Assembly (NCBI RefSeq): GCF_009914755.1
Contig: NC_060941.1
DNA from: the human T2T-CHM13v2.0 reference genome, Homo sapiens
Strand: one strand, 5' to 3'
DNA: 64,000 nt
Shown here: one piece after another, positions 40,310 to 56,720 of the stretch
How the letters are laid out: every line of letters starts with the position of its first letter
Position numbering within the stretch: the first letter of the stretch is position 1
Notes under the pieces: model-generated
What the model was told of the DNA's origin: nothing
Databases searched by the model: none
The model's input: only the letters and a program-made list of their open reading frames with translations
Program-made: the position numbers and the translations under genes

Positions 40310-40970
40310 GTAGAGGAGCATATTATTCAAAGTACTTGGGATCGAGATTCAAAGGACTTTGGTTCAAGTTCCTGTGCTGGCACTTACTGGCTCTGTTATC
40401 TTTGTTTCTTTGTACCTCTGCATTTTCATCTGTAAAACGGGACTACGGTTATGGCCTTCTGTAACACCATAGGGACACAGTGAGAATGAAATGAAACAGG
40501 AAAGGTTAACTCATTTCACTCCTTGAGAAGTTATGCGAAGAGAAGAGGAGTCTTAGTGTCACCCACATGGAATTGCCCACCTTGGAAGACTCTCCAGACC
40601 TTGTTACTGTGGGTGCCTAGGATACCTGGTCACTTGGTGCATGATGTGGTTACAAAACAAGACTTCGAAGATCCCTTTGAAACCACAATATCTACGATTG
40701 AGCAAATGTTTTAAAAATAACTCTAACAAAACAAACTTGAGTAATTTATATTTTTGAGCTCCTTTTCTACTAACCATTTACCAGGGACCACCACTTGATT
40801 GTACTATCTCCATTTAATCTGTCCAACAACTCTGTGAGGAGTATAATTACTGTCCTCATTTTATAAATAAGGAAAATAAATCACATAAAAGTTAAGAAGC
40901 CTCCCTCACCCACACAGAGCTCAGAGTCCAGCAGTCATCTAGAATTTGAACCAAGTCTGCTTCTCATGCT
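40310..40970. mobile_element. Two MIRs (+ ~40310-40500; - ~40740-40970)
   Basis: catctgtaaaacggg core on +, and ctcattttataaataaggaaa core on -. Confidence 0.7.
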
Positions 40971-42418
40971 CAGTTGGATGGAAAGGAAGTAGAGCAAGTC
41001 CAGTCCAGCCTCACAAGTGGACTGTGGTATCTAAAGGACAGATGATATCCATGGGCTTCTGCAGAACTGATTCTACTGATTCTCCATGCATCCAGCTGAG
41101 AACTTCAGCTTCCCTCGAAATGTTCCTGTCACCCAGGAACCCGTGCATTACGGATGGAATCTGAGTTTGGCACGCGTTCAGGTTACTTTTGCTTTCCTGA
41201 GCCTGGGAGCAGAGCTCTCTGTTATTTCTAAGCTCACAAAAGTCCAGGAATGTGTGCTTTGCCACAGCAAACACCAAAGTGTCTAAACAATTACAATAGG
41301 TAATAGAAAGCTACTAGTGAGGCCAAGGCCTCACATTTCTTAATTATTTTCTTTTTTTCTCCCCAGTATGATATGCTGCATGTGCTGAATAAAAGTCTGA
41401 TGAGGTGGTGGAGCCAAGATGGCCGAATAGGAGCTCCAGTCTACAGCTCCCAGCGTGAGCAACGCAGAAGATGGGTGATTTCTGCATTTCCAACTGAGGT
41501 ACCGGGTTCATCTCACTGGGGAGTGTCGGACAGTGGGTGCAGGACAGTGGGTGCAGCACACCGAGCATGAGCCAAAGCAGGGCAAGGCATCGCCTCGCCC
41601 GGGAAGCTCAAGGGGTCAGGGAATTCCCTTTCCTAGTCAAAGAACAGGGTGACAGACGGCAACTGGAAAATTGGGTCACTCCCACCCTAGTACTGTGCTT
41701 TTCCAACGGTCTTAGCAAATGGCACACCAGGAGATTATAACCCATTCCTGGCTCGGAGGGTCCTACGCCCATGCAGCCTCGCTCATTGCTAGCACAGCAG
41801 TCTGAGATCAAACTGGTGAGGCTGGGGGAGGGGCACCCGCCATTGCCCAGGCTTGAGTAGGTAAACAAAACAGCCGGGAAGCTCGAACTGGGTGGAGCCC
41901 ACCGCAGCTCAAGGAGGCCTGCCTGCCTCTGTAGACTCCACCTCTGGGGGCAGGGCACAGCCAAACAAAAGGCAGCAGAAACCTCTGCAGACTTAAATGT
42001 CCCTGTATGACAGCTTTGAAGAGAGTAGTGGTTCTCCCAGCACACAGCTGGAGATCTGAGAACAGACAGACTGCCTCCTCAAGTGGGTTCCTGACCCCCG
42101 AGTAGCCTAACTGGGAGGCACCCCCCAGTAGGGGCAGACTGACACCTCACACAGCTGGGTACTCCTCTGAGACAAAACTTCCAGAGGAACGATCAGGCAG
42201 CAACATTTGCTGTTCAACAATATCCGCTGTTCTGCAGCCTCCGCTGCTGATACCCAGGCAAACAGGGTCTGGAGTGGACCTCCAGCGAACTCCAACAGAC
42301 CTGCAGCTGAGGTTCCTGACTGTTAGAAGGAAAACTAACAAACAGAAAGGACAGCCACACCAAAACCCCATCTGTACGTCACCATCATCAAAGACCAAAG
42401 GTAGATAAAACCACAAAG

Positions 42419-43434
42419 ATGGGGAAAAAACAGAGCAGAAAAACTGAAAATTATAAAAATCAGAGCGCCTCTCCTCCTCCAAAGGAACACAGCTCCTCAC
42501 CAGCAACAGAACAAAGCTGGATGGAGAATGACTTTGACAAGTTGAGAGAAGAAGGCTTCAGATGATCAAACTACTCTGAGCTAAAGGAGGAAGTTCGAAC
42601 CCATAGCAAACAAGTTAAAAACCTTGAAAAAAATTAGACAAATGGCTAACTGGAATAACTAATGCAGATAAGTCCTTAAAAGACCTGATGGAGCTGAAAA
42701 CCATGGCACGAGAACTATGTGACAAATGCACAAGCCTCAATAGCCGATTCGATCAACTGGAAGAAAGGAGATCAGTGATGGAAGATCAAATGAATGAAAT
42801 GAAGCAAGAAGAGAAGTTTAGAGAAAAAAGAATAAAAAGAAATGAACGAAGCCTCCAAGAAATATGGCACTATGTGAAAAGACCAAATCTATGTCTGACT
42901 GGTGTACCTGAAAGTGATGGGGAGAATGGAACCAAGTTGGAAAACACTCTGCAGGATATTATCCAGGAGCACTTCCCCAATCTAGCAAGGCAGGCCTACA
43001 TTCACATTCAGGAAATACAGAGAATGCCACAAAGATACTCCTCGAGAAGAGCAACTCCAAGACACATAATTGTCAGATTCACCAAAGTTGAAATGAAGGA
43101 AAAAATGTTAAGGGCAGCCAGAGAGAAAGGTCGGGTTACCCACAAGGGGAAGCCCATCAGACTAACAGCTGATCTCTTGGCAGAAACTCTACAAGCCAGA
43201 AGAGAGTGGGGGCCAATATTCAACATTCTTAAAGAAAAGAATTTTCAACCCAGAATTTCATATCCAGCCAAGCTAAGCTTCATAAGTGAAGGAGAAATAA
43301 AATACTTTACAGACAAGCAAATGCTGAGAGATTTTGTCACCACCAGGCCTGCCCTAAAAGAGCTCCTGAAGGAAGCACTAAACATGGAAAGGAACAACCG
43401 GTACCAGCCACTGCAAAAACATGCCAAATTGTAA
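42419..43434 (+). pseudogene. L1 ORF1 (RNA chaperone), disrupted
   Basis: ATG GGG AAA AAA CAG start; CGA>TGA at codon 49 (42563-42565); 1-nt loss in A-run ~42627-42633; 42688-43434 open with REKG, ARR and YPAKLS motifs. Confidence 0.93.
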
Positions 43435-43482
43435 AGACTACTGAGGCTAGGAAGAAACTGCATCAACTAACGAGCAAAATAA

Positions 43483-47322
<3,840 letters not shown>

Positions 47323-48089
47323 ACAATGAGAACACATGGACACAGGAAGGGGAACATGCTGTGGGGTGGGAGGAGAGGGGAGGGATAGCATTAGGAGATA
47401 TACCTAATGCTGAATGACGAGTTAATGGGTGCAGCACACCAAGATGGCACATGTATACATATGTAACAAACCTGCACGTTGTGCACATGTAGCCTAAAAC
47501 TTAAAGTATAATAATAATATTAATAAAAAAAGTCTGATGAATGAATGAATGAATGAATACAAAACAGCCCCAAGTGGGTCAATTGGCCTAGCTCCACACA
47601 AGATTGCAGATTTTGCTTCTAGCACCATCCAACCAATTAGCTTAAAACTGAACTTGTATCCAGGAAGAAGCAGGTGGGGAATCATGTAGTTGTTTAATGG
47701 CAGTTAGAAGATTGAGTCAAAGCAAATGGATCTGTAGACTCATCAGATACAGAAAGACTCCATACTTCCCCCTTTCCACAGGCTGCCCCTAAGCAGCCTC
47801 ATCTAGTGCCCTGTCTTGAGCCACACTCCCACACAGATGAACTCCAAATCTGTTCTAGCCCCATAACTTCTCTTCTCAGCCCCAGATGCACATGTCAGTT
47901 GCCTGCTGGCCATCTCCTCATGAACGGCCCACAAGTACCACGGACCCTGTAAGAACAAGACTCAAGGCTTAAGATCACATTCCCTTCTCCCTGCCCCCTC
48001 AACCAGCATTTCCTGCATCCCCTGAATTCATGAATGGACCTCTATTTCTGTAAAACAAAGAAGAAGAACAATAACAACAACAAAAACCA

Positions 48090-48295
48090 ACATTCACACA
48101 TATTTAACACTTATTGTAGTCAATGCACTGTGCACTATCTTGCAACAATTAGATTTTTTTTTGCACGGATGAGCAAATCAAAGCTCAGATAGGTGAAGTA
48201 ACTTGCCCCAGGTCACATCATTAGGAAGTAAGAGTTGAGATTCAAATTCAGGGAGTCTGGCTCCAGAGCCCAATGTGTAGCCACGAGACTATATA
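48090..48295 (-). mobile_element. MIR
   Basis: aagctcagataggtgaagtaacttgccccaggtcaca...gtctggctccagagccc. Confidence 0.85.
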
Positions 48296-48308
48296 GAACC
48301 TCAGGCAC

Positions 48309-48757
48309 CATGGTGGATATTCCTTGTTTGCAACCGCACACCTATGGTCATGGCCATTTCCCTGCCTCTCTGTGTCCGGCGCTGGGTGTCAGGAGGCTGA
48401 CCTCTGCACCATTCCATCTGGGCTCTCTTGCTCTTTGGCTGAAGATTGGTTGTGGCCAGTGGGAGATTAGAAGGTTGGAAGGCAGACAGGTCAGGATATT
48501 TATTTCCCCAACCCCAACCTGCTCCCTCTCTGCCTCACTCTCACACTAGCAGGAGCTGAATTCTATGGTGACAACTCCTCCATGGCTCTGGGAACGCCAT
48601 TTCCCTATATTACTCCTTCAGGCCTAGGGATAGTGATAGTTCCCACTGTTGCTTGTTCCTGGATGCTTCTCCATAGTTATCAGTTCCCTGATCCCTGCTT
48701 ATACCTCTGTAAGTAGCCCTTTCCTTCTTTTTATCTGCTGGATCCTGATGGATTCAG
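48309..48757 (+). mobile_element. ERVL LTR (LTR33/LTR41-type)
   Basis: ggaggctgacctc...ctgggctctcttgctctttggct...ggccagtgggag...ccttcaggcctaggg. Confidence 0.65.
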
Positions 48758-49409
48758 ACTCTGAACTTTAGTGGCAGCTAAGATGTCTTCCTCACAACAT
48801 GCCCCACATCCCAGCATTATGAAAACCCTAATTCTGTCCTTGGAGCAGCTCCAGCATTTTGTTCTCCCTCTCTATCCCTCCTCCTCTGCCTTACACTACC
48901 CCCTTAGCTTCCCACTTGGCCTCCCTCCATGCAGGCTCTTATATCTTCAATATATTGGCCACAACATTCAGATACCCCCCACCCCATCCCCACACCCCCT
49001 AAGCTAGATTCACTCTTTGACTTGCCTCTTCAAAACCCTTCAATGGTTCCCTGAAGCCCAAAGAATGTAATCAAACTCTGAAGCCCACAGTAGCTTTTAT
49101 TCATTTTTGTATTTCTCCCAGGGCCTTTGCCTGCATTCAGTAAATGTTGTGTTGAATGAAGAAAGCATTATCATTACTTGGGGAGTTCCGACGAAGTGTA
49201 AAGCACAGGGAAACAGGACTGCAGTGAGAACATCCTCAAAGATTTTATAATCACAACCAGTGTTGCAGTCCCCAAATGAGCAGCTTCAAAAACCCTTCAA
49301 AGCCTCATCTATTTTTGCCCTTGCCCCCTACTTACCAGCTCCACTGCCTGCGCACACAGTAGAGTTTCAGGCCTCTCTCCTTCCTAACAGGGAGGCAAGG
49401 TTGTGCATG

Positions 49410-49940
49410 GCTGGTAGCACAGGCTGGTGTCAAACTGCCCACATCCAGGTCCTGCTGTCCTGTGTACGTAAATAAATTACTGGACCTCTCAAAGTCTATA
49501 CTTTTCCGCTGTGCCACTCTGCTACACTCAAAGTCTATACTTTTCTCTGTAAAATAAGGACAAAAATAGTACTTACCTCATAGGATTTTCGAGGGCACTA
49601 AATGTGTGATACTAATAGATTACTAAGCACAGTGTTAAGAACAAAGCAAGCTCTCAAAAACGTGATCAGGTGTTACCATCTACCCTATTATAGGGCAGGA
49701 TTATTATATTACACATTACTATGTCTATTGTATAAGCTATTTGTTTTTAGCAGTACTTATACATAGACTTTTAAATTTAAACCTTCCCAGAATACTGAGA
49801 TATATCATTAGCTCTACTTTGCAGAAGAAAAAAATGACATACAGTAAGTTATGTGTCTTGCTTGAGGTCACACCATCATAACTGCTGGAGTCAAGCCTGG
49901 AATATGGGACTTCTGACTCAAAAATATGCTATTCTTCTGT
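49410..49940. mobile_element. Two tail-to-tail MIRs
   Basis: ctgtaaaataagg...tacttacctcatagg on +; cttgcttgaggtcaca...tctgactcaaaa on -. Confidence 0.7.
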
Positions 49941-50302
49941 GTCCTATGTGCTATTTATGTATTATTATGTCCAATTAAAAGTCAGCTCACTTTTCAAGGC
50001 CTAATTCAAATGCTCCTTCCTCCATGACATCTTCCTTAATTCCTTAGGAGGGATTTATCAGTTTTTCTTCTGCACTCTGGAAGCATCCCAATTATAGACC
50101 TGTTCAGATGAACTGAAGTCAGTATTCAGATGAACTGAACTCAGTAGTGTATTATCCTTGGGAATTTTCATTTCTGGCTTCTTCACTCAACTATGATTGC
50201 TTTGAGGACATAACTTCTGTCACATTCATAGGTGCAATCTCAATGACCATCTCAGTACCTTGCATAAAGTAGACAGCAAGGCAATAAATGTGCAGCAGAA
50301 TT

Positions 50303-50650
50303 TATCAGTCAGGATCAATAAAAACATAAACAGTTATGTTGCAGTAACAAACAATCCCAAAATTTTAGTGGCTTTCCAAAAAAAGAAGACCTATTTCTCA
50401 CTTATTCTATCTTTACCTTGCAAGTTCCATCATCTTTGTTTTGGGACCCTGGCTGAAGAGATGGACAAAGGGAAGATGGTAGAAGGCACAGTAGCCCTTA
50501 GGGCTTCTGCTTGGAAATAATATACATGCTTCTATCCACATCACATCTCATTGGCCAAGGTAAGACACACGACCCTTTTTGATGTCAGGGGGCAGGGAAG
50601 GTAACATTCTTCCAGAGAGGGATTCCGATTGTAAAGGAACAGAAATCGGA
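50303..50650 (-). mobile_element. MLT1 (J/K/L-type) MaLR LTR
   Basis: gttatgttgcagtaacaaacaatcccaaaattttagtggctt...ctcattggccaagg. Confidence 0.75.
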
Positions 50651-51028
50651 TCAGAAAGAGCAACAGTGAATCTGGAAACTGGCTCCATTTACAAGGAAAC
50701 CAACAGCTAGTTACTGAGAAGGCTGTGATGAATCAGAAGTATCTTACACAGTCTGACATGCAATCCTCATTCAAACACACACACATATACACACACACAT
50801 GCCCATGAGATTACAGATTAGTTTCAGTTGTACAGGCAAAGAAGCAAAGGCTTAAGGAAGTTAAACAAATATAGTAAGATAACATAGAAAAATAATAGGA
50901 CCCAGATCTGACTTGGGTCTAAGTCACTCCAAACTCACTTTCTCCTAAATTACACTGTCCTCTTAGGGTTTTGAGGCTCCTAATTAGAATACATCAGTCT
51001 TTCTACCAAAAAAAAAATGGAGTAAATC

Positions 51029-51183
51029 CTTAGTACTTGACGTGTTTCCCTTGAAACAGCAGTATTGGCATCATGGGCTAGACATGCAGGTTCAGACTTC
51101 ACCCCAGACCCACTGGATCAAAATCTGCATTTGAACAACACCCTCAAGTGATTTGAAGGCATATTCCAAATTGAGAAGCACTG
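51029..51183. mobile_element. MER5A1-like MITE
   Basis: caccccagacccactggatcaaaatctgcatttgaacaa...ttgagaagcactg. Confidence 0.8.
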
Positions 51184-52113
51184 AGGTAGATACCAAAGGT
51201 AGAAAAAAAACAAACTAACAAAAAAAACAAAAAATGCATTTTTTTCCCATCTTGACTTGGAATCAGGGAGCAGGAGAGAGCCGACTGTGGTGCTACCTAC
51301 TGTTTGAAAACCTCATCAAGTTAATTTTGTTGAAACAGGAGAAAACGACATAAAACCTGTTCCTAGTACCCATGTGGGAGAAGCATTAACAGATGCTGCC
51401 AAAAGCCCATGACCTTAATTGTATCTTCCAACACTTTGCCTAATTCCCTGAATCTCATCATTCACTCTACATTAATTAAGACCTCAAACATGCATTGTAT
51501 TGTGTACTGCTACATACCAGAACAGTGCCAAGCACTGGACATGATGAGGGTCTCTGTCCTAGAGTGGCTTACTGTCTAGAAGAGCGAGACAGTATAAAAA
51601 TGGATACACTATGATCAGGGTTCATCAAAGAGTCAACAATGCTCTTTGGGGTCCTAGAAGAAGAAGGCACTGTATTGAGGTATCAGGGAAGGCTTCCTGG
51701 AGGATATACATGCAGGAGGAGGTCTTCAAGATGTGAACAGGAGCTTACTGTGCAGGGGCTGGGAAGGGACTTGTAGCTTTAAGGCAGCACCCAGCAGGTC
51801 AGAGGCCACTGAGGCAGAAAAGCAATACTGGGTATGACTGGTGCTTTGGGTTGGTGTGCGGAGAGGTGAGACCTTTTGTGGTTCTGGGTGTACATTTCTA
51901 GAAGATTTAAGTGTTGGTGCCTTATGGGATGAGGAGTTCTTGTTAGGAAAAATCACCGGGTCAGCACCTCTCTAGGTGTCTCAGTTTTGATCACCTGTAG
52001 GCTCAGACCCTACCTTGTTTCTGAGCTAATCTGGAACACTGCAGGGAGCAGTTTTAGATTTTTTAGTGTAGCCTTTAAATGAACATTGTTTTAATCTAGA
52101 GCAAATATATACA

Positions 52114-52416
52114 CAGACAGTCCTTGAATTGCCATGGTTCTACTTAATATTTTGACTTTAGGATGGGTTTATATGGACATAGCCTCATTGAGTTCCTCAG
52201 GGAACTCCTTACAACTTAGGATGGGGTTATGGTTTCTGCCGATTTTGCATGTTGCTTTGTCACCATTGTAAAGTGAAAAAATTGTAAGTCAAATCATCCT
52301 AAATCGGGGCCCATCTGCTGTGCTGACCACATTAAATGCATTTTTTACTTACAATATTTTTGACTTATGATGGGTTTACCAGGGATATAACCCCATCATA
52401 AATGGAGAAGCACCTA
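52114..52416. mobile_element. MER47-type TcMar-Tigger MITE
   Basis: Repeated CpG-decayed acttacgatgg / catcgtaag motifs and internally inverted terminal sequence. Confidence 0.75.
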
Positions 52417-53449
52417 TCTATACATACATGTAATGGTTAAACAGATGGTAGTGTGAGAGTACAGAGACAGACCACCTAACCCAGCTTATTGGGGAGGTCA
52501 GGGAAGGCTTGCAGGAAGATGTGATGACTGAGATGAATTGTAAAAGACAGGTAGGGTGCAGTGGGAACAAAGGCCCAGCATAGCAAGTGTGGGGGTGCTG
52601 CAAGCTCACATGGCTGGAATATGAAGTCAGAGGCAGGAGCGAGTGGTTCCTGAGCATCATAAGATTCCAGGACTTCCTCTGCTTAAGTGGTGGAAGCTGT
52701 TCTCCACCTCCTAACCCTAACCTTCCCACTCTGTACCCCAATTTGGCTCCAGGGCTGGGGACTCCCAGCAGCAAGGACAAAAAGAACACTACTGACCACG
52801 TGGAGCATCAGGAAGGTGAAGACCAGAAGGGGAGAGCACTGTTGAAAATGTGATGCTGGCAGGGACCGGGGTGTGGTGAGACTGCTTTAGAAGAACCCAG
52901 GAGCCAGAGGAGTGAGTCATCTGTCCACCAGCCTCTTAGTCACAAGTGATAATGTAGGTGCCCTTGGATGAGAAGGCAGTTAAAATACAATTAACCTCCC
53001 TGAACTGCAGTTCTGAGTGCACATCAGAAAGAGATTTGGAGATCATTAAATATGGGGCTGTGAGTGGAGGGGCTGTAGGATAAGGGTGGCAGGAGAAAAA
53101 CCTTTCTTTGAGGTCATTGGCTACTTCTGTGGTTCTCTCCCACAATCAGTCCACAGTATAATAACGCAGGAACCATTGCATGGGGGAAGCAGAGGGATCC
53201 AAAAGAATTTCTTCCTCTCTTCAATCCTCCCTCCCCAGGCCTGGCCTTAAGAAGAGATTCAGCAACTGCAAATCATGTTGCTGAGTAAAAATGCTTCTTG
53301 GGATGGGAGGGGATGAGAGGGGAACCTACTCTTGATAGCTGCCTCCTAGGAGCCTGTTCAGTTTATTAAATTAGCAGGTTTCTCTCTTGTGGTGAGGGCA
53401 CTGGAGAATGAAATGCCAAATAGATCAGTTTCATGGAATTGGAGACTGA

Positions 53450-53610
53450 TAAATTTTCAGAGCTGGAAGGCTCCTTGGAGAGCATCTGGTTCAACCCCCC
53501 CTCGTTTTTCAGATGAAGAACCTGCAGCCCAGAGATAGGAAATGACTTCCCTAAAGTCACGGTTGCTACTTGAAACTCAAAACTAAGAGGCATTGAGTGA
53601 GGGAAGTGAA
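53450..53610 (-). mobile_element. MIR
   Basis: agagctggaaggctccttggagagcatctggttcaacccc...tttcagatgaagaa. Confidence 0.75.
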
Positions 53611-54305
53611 TTCTCTCCATAATTTATCACTTCTGCATGTTTAGTGTTCTTTATATTAAATTTACTTTTGATAAGGAGTACCTGCAATCTCAGAGGTAAT
53701 TTACTGTGAAAGATAATTCTTAAGATTTGCCATCATTATTAACATTGACTTGAATTATGTTGTATTTTATATCAGAACGTAGGTTTAATTTAGCCCATGG
53801 AAAACAATTCTCTCAGTTATAAAAAAAACTTACTTCCACAATGAGAAGGAGCTTAGCTTCTCACCAAGATAATACTAACGTAAGTTGCAATTCCTTGCCT
53901 ACATCTGCCTTTTCAATCAGATGTTCACACCTGTCCTTAAAATCTTCGTTAGCGTCCATTGTTAGGTTGGGCACCTTGGGACAGATAATCAGCCCTCACT
54001 CCAGTGCAGATGCAAAGAGGCGGGAGAGTTAGCTAGGCTGAACCTGAGTTAATGAACATCAAGTGCCAGGTGCTGGGCTAGACCCTGAGGATGCAAAAGT
54101 CAGAACCATTAGGAACAATTCTTCTGGAGCTCACCACCTCATGAGGACTGGGCTAGCTTAGTGAGAATCAGAAAAGGCAGATGAAGAAGCGTTATGTTCC
54201 AAGATAAGCATGTCCTCCTTCTAGCATTTGTATAGATCTAGGCTTAGTCCAGGGTGAGGCCATGTTCCATGACCCCAGCATGGAGCTCCATTTCTCTCTC
54301 TAAAG

Positions 54306-54507
54306 GTGCACTGTTCAATATGGTAGCCACTAGCCACAAGTCGTTATTTAAATTTACTTTCATTAATTTAAAAAAGTAAAAATTCCATTCCTTAGTTATG
54401 TTAGCTAATTTCAGGGGCTCAATGGCCACCTGTGGCTAGTGGCTACCTTACTGGACAGTGCAGGGTTAATCCTTGCTGCCACTTAGACAATTCTATTGGA
54501 CAGCTCT
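54306..54507. mobile_element. MER3 hAT MITE
   Basis: gcactgttcaatatggtagccactagccaca ... tgtggctagtggctaccttactggacagtgc dyad. Confidence 0.9.
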
Positions 54508-55126
54508 CTATTTGCTGACCCCAGAATTTGGTCTGTCATGCATTATAACACCAACTGGCTCCCATGTTGACTGTATTTTCTCCAAGTGAGACTGGGGTAA
54601 ACACCCATCCCGCATGGGTCATTTGCATTTCCTCAAAAGCCTTTGCATGTCTTCTATTGCAGCTGCATTCTACCCAATAATAGTGGAAACCAACATTCAT
54701 CACGTGTTTGCCTTATGCCACCATGATTCTAAGTGCTTTCAACACAATCCTCCTTTTGATCCTCAAGAAACCCTGTGCACACAAAGAGGAGGTGGCAGAG
54801 GCCCAGTAAAGGACTTGTCCACCTTCACCAGCCATGGATAGGGACCCAGGAGTTGGATCTGGGCATGCTGCTTCAGAGTCCAGGTCTGAACCACCGTCCA
54901 TTCTATGTAGAGTTGGGCCTAGTCCTGGCCCTACCCTTTGCTGGATGTTGCCTTTAGGAAAGACACAAACACTTCAATTCTCACTAAGCACTCTTCTCCA
55001 ATGGGAGAAGCTGCTTTCACTCTCTGCAGGGGCTTTGTGAGGCTCAGGGACAGGGAGAGTGCTTTTTGAATTTTAAAGCCCTGAGTGTTAGGGGCCATTA
55101 TGAAAAACAAAAATACTGCAAATACT

Positions 55127-55299
55127 GTCCTTCAGATCAGCACTCTGCGGGCTGGAGAATCACCTGGAGAGCTTGGTAAGCACGCAGACACTCTGATCCA
55201 CCCCAAGCAGACTGTGTGAGTCCAGAGCCAGAGCCAGGCATCTTCAGGTATAGCAAGTGCCTCAGGTGGTCTGAGACAGGAATCCTTGAGCCCTTCTTT
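55127..55299. mobile_element. MER5B-like MITE
   Basis: gaatcacctggagagcttggtaa...gcctcaggtggtctga. Confidence 0.6.
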
Positions 55300-56319
55300 G
55301 AAGAATGCTGATTATAAGTTTCCGGCTTTGGTGCCTGATGTAGAGAAGTGGGTGGCTGGTTCTCTCTTCAGATTCCTCCAGGATCTCAATTTTCAAAGGC
55401 AGGTGCCCACTCCACCCTGTGCACATCTGAACAGGGAATTAGTCCCAGTGGGGAACATGATATATCACCCGGCATTCCAGAAGTGGAGGCTACCCTGTGT
55501 TCCTTACCACCCAAGTCTTAGTGTGAACTCACTTGAAAGAAACAGAAGACTATCTGAAGAACACATAGTCCTTCCAATTTTGTGAGAGATTCTCCATCTC
55601 TTTCAGGCCAGATCATTCAAAAGAAGCAAGCTTAGATAGCATGGTCTGTCTGCTTGTAGAAAGGCTTTTACTAAATTATACTTGGGCATGAGGTCATCGG
55701 CCTACTATAAGAAAAGATGCTATAATGAACCTGTCTTCTGAATATACTGAAGGGATGCTGTGGAGGATACTACATCATAACATTTTCTCCTTGGCAGGAT
55801 CAACACTCAGGTTTCAGGCCCAGAAAAAAACTAACTTTTCTTTGAGCAGTCACTTTAGGTTAATCCCATAGACACTGAGGTTTGAGAGTTAACACATTTC
55901 ATTTTTCCCTCTTGTTTTGGCTGTTAGGAAGCCCAGAGCCAAATTTACTACCCACCTCTAACAAGATGTTAAGGCATATGATGTGCAAACACTAATCCTA
56001 CTGCTGGCTTCTTGTTTTTAAAGTTTATTTATTTATTTTAGTGAGCTATGAAGACAACTAAACATTTAAAGGGGAGGGGTGAGAGTAGGGGGCTTGCAGT
56101 ACACATCCCACAGCAAACAAATTACAACTTCTTTCTTAGGCACTTCTCTACACCCACATCCCTCCCTGGAGCTATTTGGGTGGTGGTTTCATTTTTCTGC
56201 TCTATTTTTTCTTTACTTGGCATCTTTGTCTACCATTTTCCCTTCTGACATTGTGTGCAATTTTGTAATCTGCTTTGTTTATTTTAATGAGCCATGCAGT
56301 TTATGAATCTTTGCCTAGA

Positions 56320-56720
56320 ATAGTTATTAATTGTCCAGTAGGTGTCTGGAATTGTTCTAGGTGCCAGGACTACAACAGTGAATAAACTCGGCAAGGTTCT
56401 TGTTGTAACAGAGTTATGTTTGTACTCATTTGAGAAATAGACAATGAACAAGAAAGAGAATAAATAAATAATGTAATTTCACAGAATGGTGAGATCTGTA
56501 AAGGAAACAGAAAATATGATAGCAAGGGATGGGGAAGGAGAAATATTAGGTAAGGCGGGAAGAAAGGCCTCTCTGGGAGAGGGAGTTTGAACTGAGATCT
56601 GAGTGAGAAGGAGACAGACACTTAGAGGTCTGGGGAATAAGGATCCCAGACAGAGTAGATAGCAAGTGCAAAGGCCCTGATGCAGAGACAGCATGCTGTG
56701 TTGGAAGAATATTTACGCCC
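56320..56720 (-). mobile_element. L2 (L2a-like) 3' fragment
   Basis: gttctaggtgccagga...aaggcctctctg...tttgaactgagatctgagtga...gcaagtgcaaaggccctga. Confidence 0.85.
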
